This document shows positions 46,615 through 55,859 of a DNA stretch of 64,000 bases, piece after piece. Origin of the DNA: Candidatus Ventricola sp. (GTDB lineage: Bacteria; Bacillota; Clostridia; Christensenellales; Aristaeellaceae). Numbering within the stretch: position 1 is the stretch's first letter; the number at the start of each line of letters is the position of its first letter. The stretch covers positions 2,043 to 66,042 of the forward strand of contig JBJEUH010000077.1 in the NCBI GenBank assembly GCA_051883735.1, given 5' to 3'. The notes under the pieces were generated by a model that searched no databases, was not told the origin of the DNA, and saw nothing but the letters and a program-made list of their open reading frames with translations. The translations under genes and the position numbers were made by a program.

Positions 46615-47253
46615 TCAGATGCCGCCGTAATGATGAAACAGCAGCAGGTCGCCCTCCTTCACGGTGATCTTCGCCTCGGCCTGTATCACCACGTTGCTCA
46701 CGCCCAGCGGATGCACGAAGTCAAAGGACAGCGCCTCCAGCGAGTGATAGTAGCAGCCCGTGAGCGTCACGCCGCGCGCCTCGCCGATGGGGATCAGGGA
46801 AATCGTGTCGCCCTTTGCGCCGCGCAGCGTGATCTCGCCGTCGATGCGCACGATGCGCACGCGCTCGTCGAGAATCTGCGCAAACGCGCCGCCCTCGTGC
46901 GCCCGATTGAGCAGCATGAGGTTTGCCAGCGCGTGATCCATGCGCCCGCCCAGCGCGCCGAGAATCGTGATCTCCGTCGCGCCGCGCGACAGCGCGACCT
47001 CCATGGCATGTCCGCCGTCGGTGTCGTCCTTCTCGCAGGGCAGGCGCTCCATCTCGGTGCTGCCCTCCCTGCGCGCAAGCGTCCCGGCGCTGACGGAGTC
47101 CATGTCCCCCAGCAGCAGATCCGGCAGCGCGTCCGCCGCCTCAAAGGCCTCAAGGCCCCTGTCCGCCGCGATGGTCAGCTCCGCCTCGGCCGCGCAGCGG
47201 CGCAGCAGCGGCGCACCCGGCAGGTCGCCGCCCAGCACGATCAGCGCGCGCAT
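46615..47253 (-). CDS. thiN: Thiamine diphosphokinase
   Basis: 212 aa. MRALIVLGGDLP ... GDMDS ... EKDDTD ... ILGALGGRMDH motifs. Start is 13 nt inside the rpe 3' end, after GGAGGA. Confidence 0.85.
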   Translation of the reverse strand: MRALIVLGGDLPGAPLLRRCAAEAELTIAADRGLEAFEAADALPDLLLGDMDSVSAGTLARREGSTEMERLPCEKDDTDGGHAMEVALSRGATEITILGALGGRMDHALANLMLLNRAHEGGAFAQILDERVRIVRIDGEITLRGAKGDTISLIPIGEARGVTLTGCYYHSLEALSFDFVHPLGVSNVVIQAEAKITVKEGDLLLFHHYGGI

Positions 47254-47912
47254 CGCTTGTCCTCCGCGCACCCGCGCAGGGCCGCCACAAACGCCGCCGG
47301 GTCCTCCGCGCGGAACAGGCCCGTGCCGGTGACCAGCACGTTGGCGCCCGCCTCGACCACCCGGTGCGCGTTGTCCATCTTGATGCCGCCGTCCACCTCC
47401 AGGAAGATATCGCGTCCGGACGCTTCGATCATCCTTCTGAGCACCGGCAGCTTCCTTATGCAGTCCTCGCGCAGGCTCTGGCCGCCGAAGCCCGGCTCCA
47501 CGGTCATCACCAGCACCAGGTCGCACAGCGGCAGCAGGCGGCGGATGGCCTCCGGGCTGGTGCCCGGTTTGATGGAGACGCCGGTCTTCACGCCCTGTGC
47601 CGCGATCGTGCGCAGCAGATCCTCCACGTCATCCTCGATCTCGGCATGCACGGTGATCAGATCCGCGCCCGCCCGGACGTACTCGTCGATATACCTGCGC
47701 GGATCGGAGAGCATCAGGTGCACGTCCAGGAACAGCTTCGTCTTCCTGCGGATGGCGGCGACGAAGCTCGGGCCGAAGCTGATGTTGGGCACAAAATGGC
47801 CGTCCATGTTGTCAAGGTGAAGCCATCCAAGACCCAGCCTCTCCACCAGCTCGATCTCCTCGCCCAGGCGCAGCAGATCCGCGCCCAGCACGGAAGGTGA
47901 AATTCTGATCAT
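47241..47912 (-). CDS. rpe: Ribulose-phosphate 3-epimerase
   Basis: 223 aa. ISPSVLGADL, HLDNMDGHFVPN, MTVEPGFGGQ, VDGGI. ATGA overlap with the rsgA stop. The other 350 codons of the track ORF are spurious. Confidence 0.95.
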   Translation of the reverse strand: MIRISPSVLGADLLRLGEEIELVERLGLGWLHLDNMDGHFVPNISFGPSFVAAIRRKTKLFLDVHLMLSDPRRYIDEYVRAGADLITVHAEIEDDVEDLLRTIAAQGVKTGVSIKPGTSPEAIRRLLPLCDLVLVMTVEPGFGGQSLREDCIRKLPVLRRMIEASGRDIFLEVDGGIKMDNAHRVVEAGANVLVTGTGLFRAEDPAAFVAALRGCAEDKRCAR

Positions 47913-48787
47913 TCGTATCGCCCCTTCCAATTCTCCTTGACCTGCGCAAGCAGCTCGCGGTATCTCGCCCAGCGTACGGCGCTCAGCCTGCCCTCGCGAA
48001 CCGCCGCCTGTACGGCGCAGCCCGGCTCCCGGTCGTGCAGGCAGGGCTGAAAGCGGCATTCGCCCGCAAGCTCGTTGTACTCCGGATAGAGCTGCGCGAA
48101 TTCCTGCGGCTCGATGCCGTCCTCCAGCTCCAGCAGGCTGAAGCCCGGGGTATCCAGCACCAGCATGCCGTCCGCCGCCAGCATCTCCGAGCGGCGCGTC
48201 GTGTGCCGTCCGCGCTCGGTCTTGCGGCTCAGGCCGCCGGTCTCCAGCTGAAGGCCCAGCAGCGCGTTGATCAGCGAGCTCTTGCCCACGGCGCTCTGGC
48301 CCGCCAGGCAGGTCACCTTGCCGCGCATCGCCTCGCGAAGCGCCTCCACGCCCTCGCCCGTCATCGCGCTGGCCGCGAACACGCGCAGCTGCGTGCCGGC
48401 GTATTCCTCGCGGATGGACCGCTCCAGCGCATCGCCCAGATCGATCTTGTTGACGCAGATTGCCGGGGTCATGCCGCCCCGCGCCGCGCGCAGAATCAGC
48501 TTGTCGATGAGCAGCATGTCCGGGTGCGGCACGCTGGCCACGACCAGCATGAGCATGTCGCAGTTGGCCACGCTGGGCCGCAGCATGACGCTCCTTCTGG
48601 GGAGAATCTCCTCCAGCCAGCCGTTGTCCTCGCCCTCGCTCGGCGTAAAGCGCACGCGGTCGCCGACCATCGGCGTGAGCTTCTGATGGCGCAGCTTCTT
48701 CTGCGCGCGCAGGGTGTATTCCTGCCCGTCCTCGTCGCAGAGCACGGTGTAAAAGCTGCCGATGCCCCGCATGATGCTTCCAACCAT
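47909..48787 (-). CDS. rsgA: Ribosome small-subunit-dependent GTPase A
   Basis: 292 aa. OB fold, circularly permuted GTPase (NKIDL ... GQSAVGKSSLINAL), C-terminal Zn finger CRFQPCLHDREPGC. Confidence 0.9.
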   Translation of the reverse strand: MVGSIMRGIGSFYTVLCDEDGQEYTLRAQKKLRHQKLTPMVGDRVRFTPSEGEDNGWLEEILPRRSVMLRPSVANCDMLMLVVASVPHPDMLLIDKLILRAARGGMTPAICVNKIDLGDALERSIREEYAGTQLRVFAASAMTGEGVEALREAMRGKVTCLAGQSAVGKSSLINALLGLQLETGGLSRKTERGRHTTRRSEMLAADGMLVLDTPGFSLLELEDGIEPQEFAQLYPEYNELAGECRFQPCLHDREPGCAVQAAVREGRLSAVRWARYRELLAQVKENWKGRYE

Positions 48788-48870
48788 GGACTTCCTTTCG
48801 TGGGGCTTCGCCCCCGTTCCTGCCAAAGAACGCGCCAAGCGCCGTCCTCCGGCGCCGGCCTGCCCGCCGC

Positions 48871-50709
48871 TTACTGAAGAACCGCCGTCGCCTCGCTCCG
48901 GAAGCCGCCGTCCAGATACACGCGCCAGGTCTGCACGCCGCTTTTCTCGCTGCGCAGCAGCACGTCAAGCGTCACCTCGCCGGGCTCCGTGTGCGTCGCG
49001 GCGTACATGTCGCTCTCCTTGCCGTCCTCGCCCACCAGCGTCACGCGCACGCTCACGCCCTCGCGCGGCACCTGCACCGTCACCTTGACCGTCGCGGTGT
49101 ACCTGCGCTTGTCGTAATAGCCCACGTTCAGCTCCACCGCGCTGCCCGGCAGCACCTCGGTGAAGCGCTCCAGGGACTGCGAGAGCACCACGCCGTCCTG
49201 TCTGGCGTCCGAGACGTTCTCATAGGTGATCAGCCCGCTGGCCAGCCCCAGCGATTCGATGCGGGAGAGCGCCTCCTCCTCGCGCTGGCCCACCAGCTCC
49301 GGCACGACCACGCGCCCGCCGGAGACCGTCAGGTTCACCGCGCTGCCGATCTTCGCGCTCACGCCCGCCTCCGGCTGCTGGGCGATGACCGTGCCCGCGA
49401 GCTGATCGCTCGGCGCGAGCGTGATCTCGCCGACCGTAAAGCCATGCGCCGTGATCGCCGCGACGGCATTGTCCTGCGTCAGGCCGGTCACGCGCTGAAC
49501 GGCGAGCATGTCGCTGCCGCGGGAGATGGTCACATACACCGTCTCGCCCCGGCCCACCTGGTCGCCCGCCTTGGGAATCTGCGCGCTGACATAGCCCTCC
49601 ATCACGTCGCTGTACGCGTAATCCAGCTGAACCTCAAGGTTCGCGCTGGTGATGAGCCGCTCCGCCGTCGCCGCGTCCACGCCGGTCAGATCCGGCATGC
49701 GGGTGAAGACGAACACGGACCGGTACAGCGTCACCGCCGCAAACGCGATCATGCTCAGCATGACGACGATGACCGCCGCCATCACCGCGCGCACGCGCGC
49801 ATCGTTCGGGCTCGGCGTGTGCAGCGGATGCTTTCCGTGCGGCCCGTCGTGCTCGATGCGCTGAACCATGAATTCGCCGTCCGGATGCCGCAGCGCGCGG
49901 CGCAGGTCGCGGATCATGCTCTCCGCGTTCTGGTAGCGGTCGCGCGGCTCCTTCTCCAGCGCCTTTTTGACGATGAGCTCCACCGCGCGGCTGACGTCGG
50001 CCTCCTCCTCCACGGGTTTGGGCGTCTCCATCAGGTGCATCATGGCCACGGAGACCGCCGTCTCGCCCTCGAAGGGGACGTGGCCGGTGAGCATCTCATA
50101 GAGGATCACGCCCACGGAATACAGGTCGCTGGCGCTGGTGGCACGCATGCCCTTGGCCTGCTCGGGCGAGAAATAGTGCACCGAGCCCATGACGTTGCCG
50201 TCGGAGGTCAGCGTCTTGGTATCGGCCAGGCCGGCGATGCCGAAATCGCCGATCTTCACCTGGCCGCTTCGGGTGATCATCACGTTCTGGGGCTTCACGT
50301 CCCTGTGGATGATGCCGCGCTGGTGCGCGTGCGAGAGCGCTGCGAGGATGCACAGCGCGCAGTGCACGGCCTCCTCCTGCTCCATTTTGCCCTTTTCGGC
50401 GATGACATCCTTGAGCGTTTCGCCATCGACGTATTCAAGGGCGATGTACGAAACGCCGCCTGCCTCACCCGCGTCGATCGAGTTGACGACGTTGGGGTGG
50501 TTCAGCTTGCGGTTGACCGCCGCCTCGCGCTTGAAGCGCTCCTTGTACTCCGGATCGTCCTCGTATTCCTCGCGCAGCACCTTGAGCGCCACCGTCTGGT
50601 GCGTCTTCAGATCAAACGCCCGGTAGACGATCGCCATGCCGCCGCGGCCGATCACGTCCTCCACGCGGAACCGGCGGCTGACGATCTTGCCAATCAGTCT
50701 CGATTCCAC
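48871..50709 (-). CDS. pknB: Ser/Thr protein kinase with PASTA repeats (PrkC/PknB type)
   Basis: About 612 aa. GRGGMAIVYRA...ALK, HRDVKPQN, DFG. One TM helix, then three PASTA-like repeats and a C-terminal beta domain. GTG start after GAGGAGG, just past the stp stop. Confidence 0.9.
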   Translation of the reverse strand: MESRLIGKIVSRRFRVEDVIGRGGMAIVYRAFDLKTHQTVALKVLREEYEDDPEYKERFKREAAVNRKLNHPNVVNSIDAGEAGGVSYIALEYVDGETLKDVIAEKGKMEQEEAVHCALCILAALSHAHQRGIIHRDVKPQNVMITRSGQVKIGDFGIAGLADTKTLTSDGNVMGSVHYFSPEQAKGMRATSASDLYSVGVILYEMLTGHVPFEGETAVSVAMMHLMETPKPVEEEADVSRAVELIVKKALEKEPRDRYQNAESMIRDLRRALRHPDGEFMVQRIEHDGPHGKHPLHTPSPNDARVRAVMAAVIVVMLSMIAFAAVTLYRSVFVFTRMPDLTGVDAATAERLITSANLEVQLDYAYSDVMEGYVSAQIPKAGDQVGRGETVYVTISRGSDMLAVQRVTGLTQDNAVAAITAHGFTVGEITLAPSDQLAGTVIAQQPEAGVSAKIGSAVNLTVSGGRVVVPELVGQREEEALSRIESLGLASGLITYENVSDARQDGVVLSQSLERFTEVLPGSAVELNVGYYDKRRYTATVKVTVQVPREGVSVRVTLVGEDGKESDMYAATHTEPGEVTLDVLLRSEKSGVQTWRVYLDGGFRSEATAVLQ

Positions 50710-50711
50710 GC

Positions 50712-51425
50712 TCAGCCCTCCTCGTCGCACCAGAGAATCAGCGTGATATTGTCGCGCCCGCCGGCGAGAAGCGCCTGCTCAAGCAGGCTGTCCGCCGCCG
50801 TGTCGAGATTCTCCTCCTGTTTGAGCGTGCGCGCGATGTCCTCATCGGCAACCATACCGGTCAGCCCGTCCGAGCACAGCAGCCACAAATCGCCCTTCCT
50901 CCTGTCCGCCGCCAGCAGATCGGGCGCGTTGTCGCCCTGGGTGCCCAGCGCGCGGGTAATGATGTTGCGCCGCGGATGCCTGCGCGCCTCCTCCCGGGTG
51001 ATGATGCGCGCGCGCACCAGCTCCTCCACCAGGGAGTGATCCTGCGTGATCTGCTCCAGCTCGCCGCCGCGCAGGCGGTAGATGCGGCTGTCGCCGACGT
51101 GCGCGATGTACATGTAATGCCCGCCGCGCCACATTGCTGAGAGCGTCGTGCCCATGCCCGCGCAGGCCGGATTCTCCTTCGCGTGCGCCAGAATCGCCTC
51201 ATGCGCGTCCCTGACCGCGTCGCGCATCACGGAAATGCTGGCGATATCGTGCGAGGCCGCCATGCGCTTCACCGCGTCGATCGCCATGCTGCTGGCCACC
51301 TCGCCCGCGAGATGACCGCCCATGCCGTCCGCCACGGCGAAGATGCCCCGGCTTTCATCAAACCAGGCGGCGTCCTCGTTCTGCCTGCGCGCCTTGCCGA
51401 CGTCTGTTCTCAGCGTTGCCGTCAC
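50712..51425 (-). CDS. stp: PP2C-family Ser/Thr phosphatase
   Basis: 237 aa. RRQNEDA, ADGMGGHLAGEVAS, LLCSDGLT, GGRDNITL. Confidence 0.9.
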   Translation of the reverse strand: MTATLRTDVGKARRQNEDAAWFDESRGIFAVADGMGGHLAGEVASSMAIDAVKRMAASHDIASISVMRDAVRDAHEAILAHAKENPACAGMGTTLSAMWRGGHYMYIAHVGDSRIYRLRGGELEQITQDHSLVEELVRARIITREEARRHPRRNIITRALGTQGDNAPDLLAADRRKGDLWLLCSDGLTGMVADEDIARTLKQEENLDTAADSLLEQALLAGGRDNITLILWCDEEG

Positions 51426-51482
51426 GTTCGTGCCCCTTTCCTTTGCCCTGCCGCGCGCTCCGCCCTCTCCGGGGAAAAGCGT

Positions 51483-52550
51483 TTACGCTTTGGCGTTGTC
51501 CCTGATGTATCTGCGGCGCAGCTGGCCGCATGCGCCCTCGATGTCGTCGCCCATCTCGCGCCGTCTGGTGACGGAGATGTTCTTCTGCTCCAGCACCTTC
51601 TTGAACGCGTCCACCTCGCACTCGGAAACGCCCTGAAGCCCGCGCTCGGGCACGGCGTTGAGCGGGATGAGGTTCACATGGCACTGCATGCCGCGAAGGC
51701 GCGAGGCCAGCTCGGCCGCATGCTCCGGCGAGGCGTTCACGCCGTGCACCAGCGCGTATTCAAAGATCACGCGGCGGCCCGTCTTTTCGATGTAGTACCG
51801 GCACGCGGAGAGAATCTCGTCCATGGAATACCGGTTGGCGATGGGCATGGTCTGGCGTCGGATCTCGTCGTTGGGCGCGTGCAGCGACAGCGACAGCGTC
51901 ACCGGCAGATCCTCCTCCGCGAAGCGGCGCATGTTCTCCACCAGGCCGCAGGTGGACAGCGACACGCTGCGCATGCCGATGCACAGCCCGCCCTCCATGC
52001 GCAGAAGCCGCAGGAACTTGACCACGTTGTCGTAGTTGTCAAACGGTTCGCCGCTGCCCATGAGCACGATGTTGCCCACCTTCTGCCCCTCGCCCTGGAG
52101 GGCCAGCACGCCGTTGGCGCAGACGATCTGGCCGAGCATCTCCGCCGGGGTCAGGCTGCGGGCGCAGCCGTCCAGCGTGCTCGCACAGAACTTGCAGCCC
52201 ATGCGGCAGCCCACCTGCGTGGACAGGCACAGCGTGTTGCCGTACTTGTAGCGCATGAGCACGCCCTCGATGACGTGATCGTCCGGCAGGCGGTAGAGCA
52301 GCTTGATCGTGCCGTCGAGCTTCGACTGAATGGTCTCGATGACGGACACCGGGTTGTCGATGCAGGTTTCATGAAGCGTCTCGCGCAGCGCCTTGGGCAG
52401 GTTGCTCATGCGCTCAAACGGCACGCCCTGATGCAGCCACGCAAACACCTGCTTCGCCCGGAAGGCCGGCTGGCCCTGCGCCTTGAAAAAAGCGCCAAGC
52501 TCCTCGGGGGTGAGCCCGAGAAGCTGCGTCTTGTCGTTCTTGCTTTCCAT
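51483..52550 (-). CDS. rlmN: 23S rRNA/tRNA (adenine-C2)-methyltransferase, radical SAM
   Basis: 355 aa. CRMGCKFCAS radical-SAM cluster, GEPFDN, C-terminal catalytic Cys (GACGQL). Confidence 0.95.
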   Translation of the reverse strand: MESKNDKTQLLGLTPEELGAFFKAQGQPAFRAKQVFAWLHQGVPFERMSNLPKALRETLHETCIDNPVSVIETIQSKLDGTIKLLYRLPDDHVIEGVLMRYKYGNTLCLSTQVGCRMGCKFCASTLDGCARSLTPAEMLGQIVCANGVLALQGEGQKVGNIVLMGSGEPFDNYDNVVKFLRLLRMEGGLCIGMRSVSLSTCGLVENMRRFAEEDLPVTLSLSLHAPNDEIRRQTMPIANRYSMDEILSACRYYIEKTGRRVIFEYALVHGVNASPEHAAELASRLRGMQCHVNLIPLNAVPERGLQGVSECEVDAFKKVLEQKNISVTRRREMGDDIEGACGQLRRRYIRDNAKA

Positions 52551-52556
52551 CTTCTT

Positions 52557-54176
52557 TTACGCTCTCGCTCTGCGCAGGCGGCAGATGTAGAAGCCGTCCG
52601 TTCCGTCGCGGTGGGGCAGCATCTGCAGTCCGGTTTGGGTCTCGTGCTGCGCAAGCGCCTGCGGCAGCTCCGCGCCCATCGGGAAGACCTCGTACTCCGG
52701 ATGACGCGCGAGGAAGGCCTCGATCTGCTGCGCGTTCTCCTGCGGGAGAATGGAGCAGGTGGAATACACCAGCGTGCCGCCGACCTTGACCATCGGCGCG
52801 ACCGCATCGAGGATCTCGCTCTGCGTGCGGCAGAGGGAGGCGACGCCCTCGCGGCTCACGCGGTACTTGACGTCCGGCTTCTCGAGCATCACGCCCGTGC
52901 CGGAGCACGGCGCGTCGATGAGCGCCGCGTCGAGCGTCATCGCCATGTCCGGGCGCGGCGCGGAGGCGTCCTTCACCGCCGGGCGGACGTTCTCCAGCTT
53001 CAGGCGGTTCGCGGTGCCGCGGATCAGCTCCACGCGGTGCGCGTGGGTGTCCCAGGCGTAGACGCGGCCGGTGTCGTTCATCATCTCGCTGAGCACGGCG
53101 GTCTTTCCGCCCGGCGCAGCGCACGCGTCCAGCACCGTCTGGCCCGGCTTCGCGCCGACCACGCGGGCCGCGATCACGGAGCTCTCGCCCTGGATGGTGA
53201 ACAGGCCGTTCTGGAACGCGCGCATGCGGGTCATGTCGCCCGCGTTCCTCACCTTGTAGGTGCCCGGCACGATGCCCGGGGAAAACTCCAGCTCGTCGTC
53301 CGCAAACAGCGCGCGCAGGCGCGCGTCGTCGCAGCGCAGGTAGTTCACGCGCACGGTGATGTCGCGGTCCTTCGGACGGTAGCGCAGAATTTCCAGCGCG
53401 CCGTGCTCGCCGTAGGCCTCGATGAGCAGCTGCGCCAGATCCATCGGCGCGGAGAACAAAATCGACAGATACTTCGCCGGGTCGTCCTGCGGCTTGGGCC
53501 ACACGACGCCGTCCTTGCCGCGGATCATGTTGCGCAGCACGGCGTTCACCAGGCCCGTAAAGCCCTCAAAGCCCATCGCGCGGGTCAGGCTGACGCTCTC
53601 GTCCACCGCCGCCATGTCCGGCACGCGGTCGAGGTAGAACAGCTGGTACGCGCCCATGCGCAGAATCTCGCGCACGGCGGGCTCGATCTCCTTTTCGCCC
53701 TCCAGGAACTGGTCGATGCGCCAGTCGAGCGCGATCCGGTTTTCCAGCGTGCCGTAAACCAGCTGTGTGGTGAACGCGCGGTCGCGGCGGCCAAAGGCGG
53801 CCTGCGCCAAGCGCTTGTCCAGCGCCAGGGACGCATACGCGTCGCTGCGGCTCACGTCCAGCAGCGTTTCCAGCGCCACGCGGCGCGGCGCGAGGTTCAT
53901 CGGCTTCGGCTTTGCCGGACGCTCCGGACGCTCCGGACGCTCCGGACGCTCCGGACGATCCGGACGGTTCGGTCGGTCCGCGCGCATCTTGTACCCGCGC
54001 TGCCCGTCAGGGGCCGGCCTGCCGCCGCGCGGGGAAAAGCCCTTCTTCTCGCCAAACGACGGCTTCTCGCCGCGCGGCGCAAAGTCCTTCTTCCCGCCAA
54101 AGCCCGGCTTCCGGTCCGTCTTCTCAAGCTTCCTGCCGCCGCGGAACCCGCCGTCGCGGCCTCTGTTGTCTGCCAT
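52557..54176 (-). CDS. rsmB: 16S rRNA (cytosine967-C5)-methyltransferase with Arg/Gly/Lys/Pro-rich N-terminal extension
   Basis: 539 aa. NusB-like domain then the NOL1/NOP2/Sun fold (DACAAPGGKT ... DAPCSGTG ... YSTCS). The first about 105 aa are low-complexity. Confidence 0.9.
   Translation of the reverse strand: MADNRGRDGGFRGGRKLEKTDRKPGFGGKKDFAPRGEKPSFGEKKGFSPRGGRPAPDGQRGYKMRADRPNRPDRPERPERPERPERPAKPKPMNLAPRRVALETLLDVSRSDAYASLALDKRLAQAAFGRRDRAFTTQLVYGTLENRIALDWRIDQFLEGEKEIEPAVREILRMGAYQLFYLDRVPDMAAVDESVSLTRAMGFEGFTGLVNAVLRNMIRGKDGVVWPKPQDDPAKYLSILFSAPMDLAQLLIEAYGEHGALEILRYRPKDRDITVRVNYLRCDDARLRALFADDELEFSPGIVPGTYKVRNAGDMTRMRAFQNGLFTIQGESSVIAARVVGAKPGQTVLDACAAPGGKTAVLSEMMNDTGRVYAWDTHAHRVELIRGTANRLKLENVRPAVKDASAPRPDMAMTLDAALIDAPCSGTGVMLEKPDVKYRVSREGVASLCRTQSEILDAVAPMVKVGGTLVYSTCSILPQENAQQIEAFLARHPEYEVFPMGAELPQALAQHETQTGLQMLPHRDGTDGFYICRLRRARA
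53915..53968 (-). repeat. 9-bp coding tandem repeat (4 perfect + 2 degenerate units)
   Basis: Plus-strand CCGGACGCT x4, then CCGGACGAT and CCGGACGGT. Encodes RPNRPDRPERPERPERPERP in rsmB. Confidence 0.85.
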
Positions 54177-54179
54177 GCT

Positions 54180-55118
54180 TTACGCCTTTCCCAGGCAAAC
54201 GCCTGTCTCCATGGTGTGCCCGCGCAGGTAGTCCTTCGCGTTCATGCGCTTCGCGCCGGGCATCTGAATCTGCGCGAGGATCACATCGTGATCGCCGCAG
54301 GAGACGACCAGTCCCTGCCTGGCGTCCGCCGCGATGATCTCGCCGGGCGCGCCGCTTGCCGCGCCGTCCAGCGCGGTAAGCTCAAAGACCTTGATCGTCT
54401 GATCGCCGAGCGTCGTGAACGCGCCCGGCCACGGGGTCGTGCCGCGCACCAGAGCGTCAAGCTCCTGCGCTGGCCGGCTCCAGTCGATGCGCCCCAGCTC
54501 CTTGTCCATCTTTGGCTCGTAGGTCGCCGCGCTGTGATCCTGCGGAATGCGGCGGAGCGTGCCCGCCGTGAGCGCCTTGAGCGTCTCGATGAGCAGCTCA
54601 GCCCCCATCACCGCCAGGCGGTCGCTCAGCTCGCCCGCGTTTTCCGTGGGGCCGATCGGCGTCTCACGCATGAGCAGGATGTCGCCGGTGTCCATGCCCT
54701 TGTCGGTGAACATGGTCGTCACGCCGGTCACCTGATCGCCCTTGATCACGCTCCAGTTGATCGGCGCGCTGCCGCGATGCCTGGGCAGCAGCGAGGAATG
54801 CACGTTGATCGTGCCCAGCGGCGGGATATCCAGAATCTCCTGGGAGAGCAGCTGGCCAAACGCCGCCGTGACGCACAGATCCGGCGCGCAGGACTTGAGC
54901 ATGGCCACGCCCTCCTCGCGCTTGATGCGCTCCGGCTGGAAGACCGGGATGCCCGCGCTTTGGGCCAGCTCCTTCACCGGACAGGCGGCAAGCTTATGGC
55001 CGCGGCCCTTCGGGCGGTCCGGCTGGCAGAAGACGCCGACGACCTCATAGCCCTCATCAAGCAGCGCCCTGAGCGACGGCACGGCGAAATCCGGCGTGCC
55101 CATGAATACGATTCTCAC
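54180..55118 (-). CDS. fmt: Methionyl-tRNA formyltransferase
   Basis: 312 aa. MRIVFMGTPDFAV, INVHSSLLPRHRGSAPI. Confidence 0.95.
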   Translation of the reverse strand: MRIVFMGTPDFAVPSLRALLDEGYEVVGVFCQPDRPKGRGHKLAACPVKELAQSAGIPVFQPERIKREEGVAMLKSCAPDLCVTAAFGQLLSQEILDIPPLGTINVHSSLLPRHRGSAPINWSVIKGDQVTGVTTMFTDKGMDTGDILLMRETPIGPTENAGELSDRLAVMGAELLIETLKALTAGTLRRIPQDHSAATYEPKMDKELGRIDWSRPAQELDALVRGTTPWPGAFTTLGDQTIKVFELTALDGAASGAPGEIIAADARQGLVVSCGDHDVILAQIQMPGAKRMNAKDYLRGHTMETGVCLGKA

Positions 55119-55600
55119 GCTTCCCCGCCCTCTTCTTCCTCTTCTTCGTTGTCAAAGATTTCGCGGTACATCTTGTCCACATACAGCACGCCGTCCAGAT
55201 GATCGGTCTCGTGCATGATGCAGCGCGCCAGCAGGTCCTCGGCCTCGATCTCGTACCACTCGCCGTTGCGGTCCTGGAAGCGCGCGCGCACGACCATCGG
55301 GCGCTTGACCATGCCGCGGCGGCCGGGCACGGAGAGGCAGCCCTCCGGGCCGTCCTGCTCGCCCTCGACGGAGACGATCTCCGGGTTCACCATCTCGATC
55401 AGGCCGTCGCCGCAGTCCATCACGACCACGCGGCGCAGCACCGCCACCTGCGGGGCGGCCAGGCCCACGCCGTTGGCATGGTACATGGTCTCGGCCATGT
55501 CATTAAGCAGCCTGTGCAGCCGCTCGTCAAACTTCTCCACCGGGCGGCTCTTCTTGCGCAGCAGCTCGTCCTCGATATACACCATTTTGCGAAGCGCCAT
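55115..55600 (-). CDS. def: Peptide deformylase
   Basis: 161 aa. GVGLAAPQV, EGCLSVPG, HETDHLDG. Unusual acidic tail DNEEEEEEGGEA. Confidence 0.95.
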   Translation of the reverse strand: MALRKMVYIEDELLRKKSRPVEKFDERLHRLLNDMAETMYHANGVGLAAPQVAVLRRVVVMDCGDGLIEMVNPEIVSVEGEQDGPEGCLSVPGRRGMVKRPMVVRARFQDRNGEWYEIEAEDLLARCIMHETDHLDGVLYVDKMYREIFDNEEEEEEGGEA

Positions 55601-55723
55601 GATTCTCTCTCCTTTATATCCAGGGCAGGTCCGGCTGCGCTATCCGCGCAGTCAGGCATAATACTCCATCATCCAGATCATTATAGAACAATTTCTGTCA
55701 AAAGGGAAGGGACAAATATACAG

Positions 55724-55750
55724 AAAAAGCATGCCGCTGCTCCGGCACGC
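55724..55750 (-). terminator. Intrinsic terminator-like hairpin in the def upstream region
   Basis: Minus-strand GCGTGCCG-GAGCAG-CGGCATGC (7 of 8 pairs) followed by TTTTTCTG. The plus strand also has a T-rich tract after the hairpin. Confidence 0.5.
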
Positions 55751-55778
55751 TCAAAATTCTTTTCGTTTCTGTGCGCTT

Positions 55779-55807
55779 ATATTACCACAAAACGGGGAAA
55801 AAGTCAA
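55779..55807 (-). promoter_or_regulatory. Strong sigma-A-type promoter about 20 nt upstream of the hairpin
   Basis: Minus strand reads TTGACT-17 nt-(TGg)TAATAT. Confidence 0.6.
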
Positions 55808-55859
55808 GTCTGGCACTTTTTCCCGCGCGGGTGTATAGAGAATGGCGGAGGTGAATTTC

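Noticed and set aside
53915-53968. Tandem repeats as a possible CRISPR or minisatellite locus.
   Set aside because: The unit is only 9 nt with no spacers, it is in frame within rsmB, and it encodes ERP repeats.
51183-55202. 1339-aa plus-strand ORF spanning 4 kb. Similar giants occur at 80..2602, 4079..6094, 42356..45331 and 57579..59897 (plus strand) and 21603..23330 (minus strand).
   Set aside because: These are shadow ORFs antisense to well-recognised genes (stp-rlmN-rsmB-fmt, recN-argR-nadK, dxs, sigA-dnaG, priA). Their products are Arg/Ala/His/Leu-rich low-complexity sequence with no motifs and no SD. Long stop-free antisense frames are expected when GC3 is high.
55811-55830. TGGCAC in front of the plus-strand gene pair as a sigma-54 promoter.
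   Set aside because: The -12 element (TTGC at N5 spacing) is missing: the sequence reads TGGCAC-TTTTT-CCCG.
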